64,000 nucleotides of DNA. It comes from Chrysomallon squamiferum. Its lineage: Eukaryota > Animalia > Mollusca. The stretch spans positions 3,534,001-3,598,000 of the forward strand of contig CM022678.1 in assembly GCA_012295275.1 (NCBI GenBank), read 5' to 3'. The position numbers and the translations under genes are program-made. The notes under the pieces were generated by a model. It worked only from the letters and a program-made list of their open reading frames with translations, did no database searches and had not been told where the DNA came from. Below are positions 60,926-64,000 of the stretch, one piece after another; the stretch's first letter is position 1; the number at the start of each line of letters is the position of its first letter.

Positions 60926-63900
60926 GTAACAGTAACAGTTCTATTAACAATAATAACAACAGCAGTGACAATAACAGTATAATAATACTAGAGGTGTAAA
61001 ATACCTTTAAAATGTTTTCGTCTCGGTCAAATGCTATTTCTTCTGTGTTGCTGTCTTTTCTGTCCTCGACTGATTCTCCTGTAAATGCATTAAACTGGAG
61101 ATTACAACTTCAAACAACAATTTACATGTATAAAAAAAAAAAAAAATTTTACAAATATAAAAATTAATTAAATACACATTGTTTTAAAACTGCAAATTCT
61201 TATTATTTTCAGCAAGGATTCTGTGAAAACAATGATTAAAAAAAACCTCACTGAAAACAAAAGTAATAAAAGACATTCATCCATATACAGGAAAACACAA
61301 GCACAAGCACAAGCCCACTAAACCAAAAAATTTAAACTAAAATAAATCAACATCTTGTTTTATGAAATGAATATCACAACCAGTGAAACAGCTAAACTTT
61401 GAAACATGATGAAAACTAGATGATACTCAAAACTTCTCAATGGACTGATAAAAACTAGATGATACTCAAAACTTCTCAATGGACTGATAAAAACTAGATG
61501 ATACTCAAAACTTCTCAATGGACTGATAAAAACTAGATGATACTCAAAACTTCTCAATGGACTGATAAAAACGTAACGCATGTTAACTCTAGAATATAAT
61601 ACACATGTTTATTTTCTAGATCTATTTACTGTCATGTCTGTAGCAGTCACTAGGAGTACAAAATGTTCAAAGACTAACCAAGCAGCTCTTCCTCTTCGTA
61701 ACTTCCCTCTTCAACGAGATAGTCAGTGATGTTCTTCAACACAGGATTCTTTGACACTAGGTTGCAGTTGATCTGCTGTGAACATTTAGAATAATCAGAA
61801 TAAAGTATAATAATAAAAAAATAAAATAAAAGTTATACATTTATATATATATACAAAATATAAAAAAACAACTGAAAAACACCCTCCTGACATAAACCCA
61901 TGTAAATAATGAGACGTAGAAAAGCGTTACTAAAGATATAAATATATCAGTGATTTTATGAAAAAAAACAAAAACAAAAAATAAAAAATAAACAATAACA
62001 AAACTGAATAACAGCAACTCATGTTTTAAAACAATTCGATGAAAATTACAGAAAGAAAAGCCAAAGCCAGAAAATAAACAAACAGATCTAAACACACGTA
62101 GCTATAATAATATTACAATTTTTTGATGCCTCAATATTCTAACATGTGTCTAAGGTGCTAACAAAAAAAGTTAGTTTAAATCTTTATATATGACTAAATC
62201 CACAAATTGAACATGCTACCCAAAAAATAGAAAAGGAAGTAAGCCTTAAAAAAAAAAAAAAAAAAAAAGATGCATACCCCCTTCTCCTGGTCCATTTTTT
62301 CGTGATCTTCGTCTTGCCAAAGATGCCACTTGTTGTCCAGGTTCTGGATGATCTTTGCGGTGTTCAGTACGTCCTGCCTCACTATGGTTTTGTGCGACGT
62401 GATGCCGTCGATGGGTCGAACACGCTGCTTCAGTTCCCTGTTTAGTGTCGCGCCGAGGTCACACTCCCTCAACTACAAAGCAGAAACATTAAACAAAAAT
62501 AAAAACAATTAAATCAAAAAAAAAAAGACTGTGTGGTCTTATCAGATGTTGTTAATGCGATTCTTATTTTTCGTGTAAGTGAGATCCCAGTTTTTGAACA
62601 AGACCATCTTTTCTGAAAGTGAATTATACTAATACGAAAACAAATGAAAAAATAAAACCCTCCAAAAAACAACAAAAGCAGTCTAAATGTATTCTGCATA
62701 CTTCTCAATTTTATTTTGTTATTACCATTTTTTTTGAAAAAACTGAATTAAAACAAGAAAAAAAACCCAGTAAAATCTGAAAATATGTTGGCACTGCTGA
62801 AAGTGAATTATACTAATACATTTTTCTGTAATTATTAACTTGTTATGTTAATATGCACAGGGTGAATTGACCAAATGAATTTGGAAGTACGAAGCAAACA
62901 AACAGACAAACAAACAAATAAATAAAACAATAATACAAAAAGGCCCTAACAAACACTGGACTAAAAGATTTTATTTTTTATTATTACCTACAAAGATGAT
63001 GAAGTTGGCTTCAAAATGAAAGAATTGTAACAATGAATTTTACTGTTGAGCTTTTCTTAACATGGTGAACAATATAGAAATGAAACGTGACACTACTGTT
63101 AAACACAGACATCAACTTACACGAATGTTGTTGAGATTCCAGCAGATCTCTTTGATGTTGACATTCTTCTCAAAGGTCACCCAACCGCGACGGAATCTGA
63201 ATCCTGCAGAGCCACGCGTTCGGTTGAGGATCCTGATAAATAAAACAGTATTAGTACCACATACCTTAAAACAAATAAATCCTGGATATCTCTTACATAC
63301 CTAACAGAATGATAAATAAAACAGTATTAGTACTCTCTCTCTCTTACATACCTTAAACAAATAAAACAGTATTAGTATTCTCTCTCTTACATACCTTACA
63401 GAATGATAAATAAAACACTATTAGTATTGTACAGCACTGGCTGATTCTATCTGTGATTTGTCATCTCACACAAACACAAAACAAAATAAAATAGTCATCT
63501 CACTCTCTCTCTCTCTCTCTCTCTCTCATCTGTGATTTGTCATCTCTCTCACTCTCTTTCACAAACTGTCATCTGTGATTTGCATCTCACTCTTTTCAGA
63601 CAACACATCTGTGATTGTCATCTTTTACAAACTCTGCACCATCCATCTGTGATTTGTCATCTCACTACACACACCCCATCTGTGATTTGTCATCTCACTA
63701 CATTGTTTCACAAACTCTCACATCTGGCTTTGATTTCACAAACTCCCATCTGTGATTTGTCATCTCCCATCTGTGATTTGTCATCTCACTACACACTTTC
63801 ACAAACTCCCATCTGTGATTTGTCATCTCACTACACACTGCCACAGAATCCCGTCCCACAAAACTCACATTTGAAGAGCACTGGTTTGAACAGGAAAACG

Positions 63901-64000
63901 ACACTAAACTAAACCGAAATAGCTGACACTCACGGACTCTACTTCTTGCTTGGTGATGGTGGGGGCGAGGTTTCGCAGGAAGATGGAGCTGGTTTTGTGC
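55898..64000 (-). CDS. SRRT: Serrate RNA effector / Ars2, 3' part (5' end outside the window). Exons: >64000-63934, 63300-63121 (garbled), 62472-62278, 61775-61679, 61078-61005, 60651-60501, 60009-59901, 59211-59058, 58334-58184, 57942-57861, 55964-55898
   Basis: [74 protein letters not shown]...EDEMPHRCG, Zn finger [25 protein letters not shown] and C-terminal [13 protein letters not shown]. Exon phases are consistent. Confidence 0.95.
59212..59900 (-). other. U12-type AT-AC intron in SRRT
   Basis: 5' splice site ATATCCTT at 59900-59893; branch TGCCTTAAC at 59230-59222; 3' end ...cattgtcAC. The join GC|A restores KDPEAEVEKF. Confidence 0.93.
59520..59880. repeat. (TAC)n/(GTA)n trinucleotide array inside the AT-AC intron
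   Basis: Imperfect trinucleotide run of about 360 bp. Confidence 0.92.
59962..60160. repeat. 96-bp tandem duplication spanning an SRRT acceptor and exon start
   Basis: Copies start at 59962 and 60058, with one substitution in the exonic part. Confidence 0.93.
61412..61571. repeat. 39-bp minisatellite, 4 copies, intronic
   Basis: Unit aaaactagatgatactcaaaacttctcaatggactgata repeated head-to-tail with no spacers. Confidence 0.93.
63235..63430. repeat. Tandem repeat built from an SRRT acceptor and exon start
   Basis: Recurrent ataaaacagtattagta...ctcttacatacc units. Confidence 0.8.
63448..63838. repeat. Degenerate minisatellite with core catctgtgatttgtcatctc, about 9 copies
   Basis: Core recurs with variable ca/ct-rich linkers in an SRRT intron. 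Confidence 0.85.

Noticed and set aside
61412-63838. 39-bp and catctgtgatttgtcatctc arrays as CRISPR-like
   Set aside because: Eukaryotic introns, no unique spacers and no cas genes; ordinary minisatellites.

Overview
AT-rich, microsatellite-dense animal genomic DNA with spliceosomal introns. The SINE-like repeats resemble those I associate with molluscs (inference only). Five protein-coding genes can be reconstructed by hand: (1) a two-exon GT11 alpha-1,2-fucosyltransferase (-); (2) RITA1 (-), head-to-head with (3) a very large USPL1-like SUMO isopeptidase (+, about 3,200 aa) that has a 1-nt frameshift inside its catalytic domain; (4) a complete 21-exon XRCC5/Ku80 (+, 720 aa); (5) the 3' part of SRRT/Ars2 (-, runs off the right edge). 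Almost all other ORF-track entries are microsatellite or antisense artefacts. The most notable observations are two minor-spliceosome (U12-type) introns (GT-AG in Ku80, AT-AC in SRRT), three separate tandem duplications that copy exon boundaries and create decoy splice sites (one leaves a scrambled SRRT exon), and the RG-repeat/AT-hook expansion of USPL1. I found no prokaryote-type systems and no convincing wholly new gene system.
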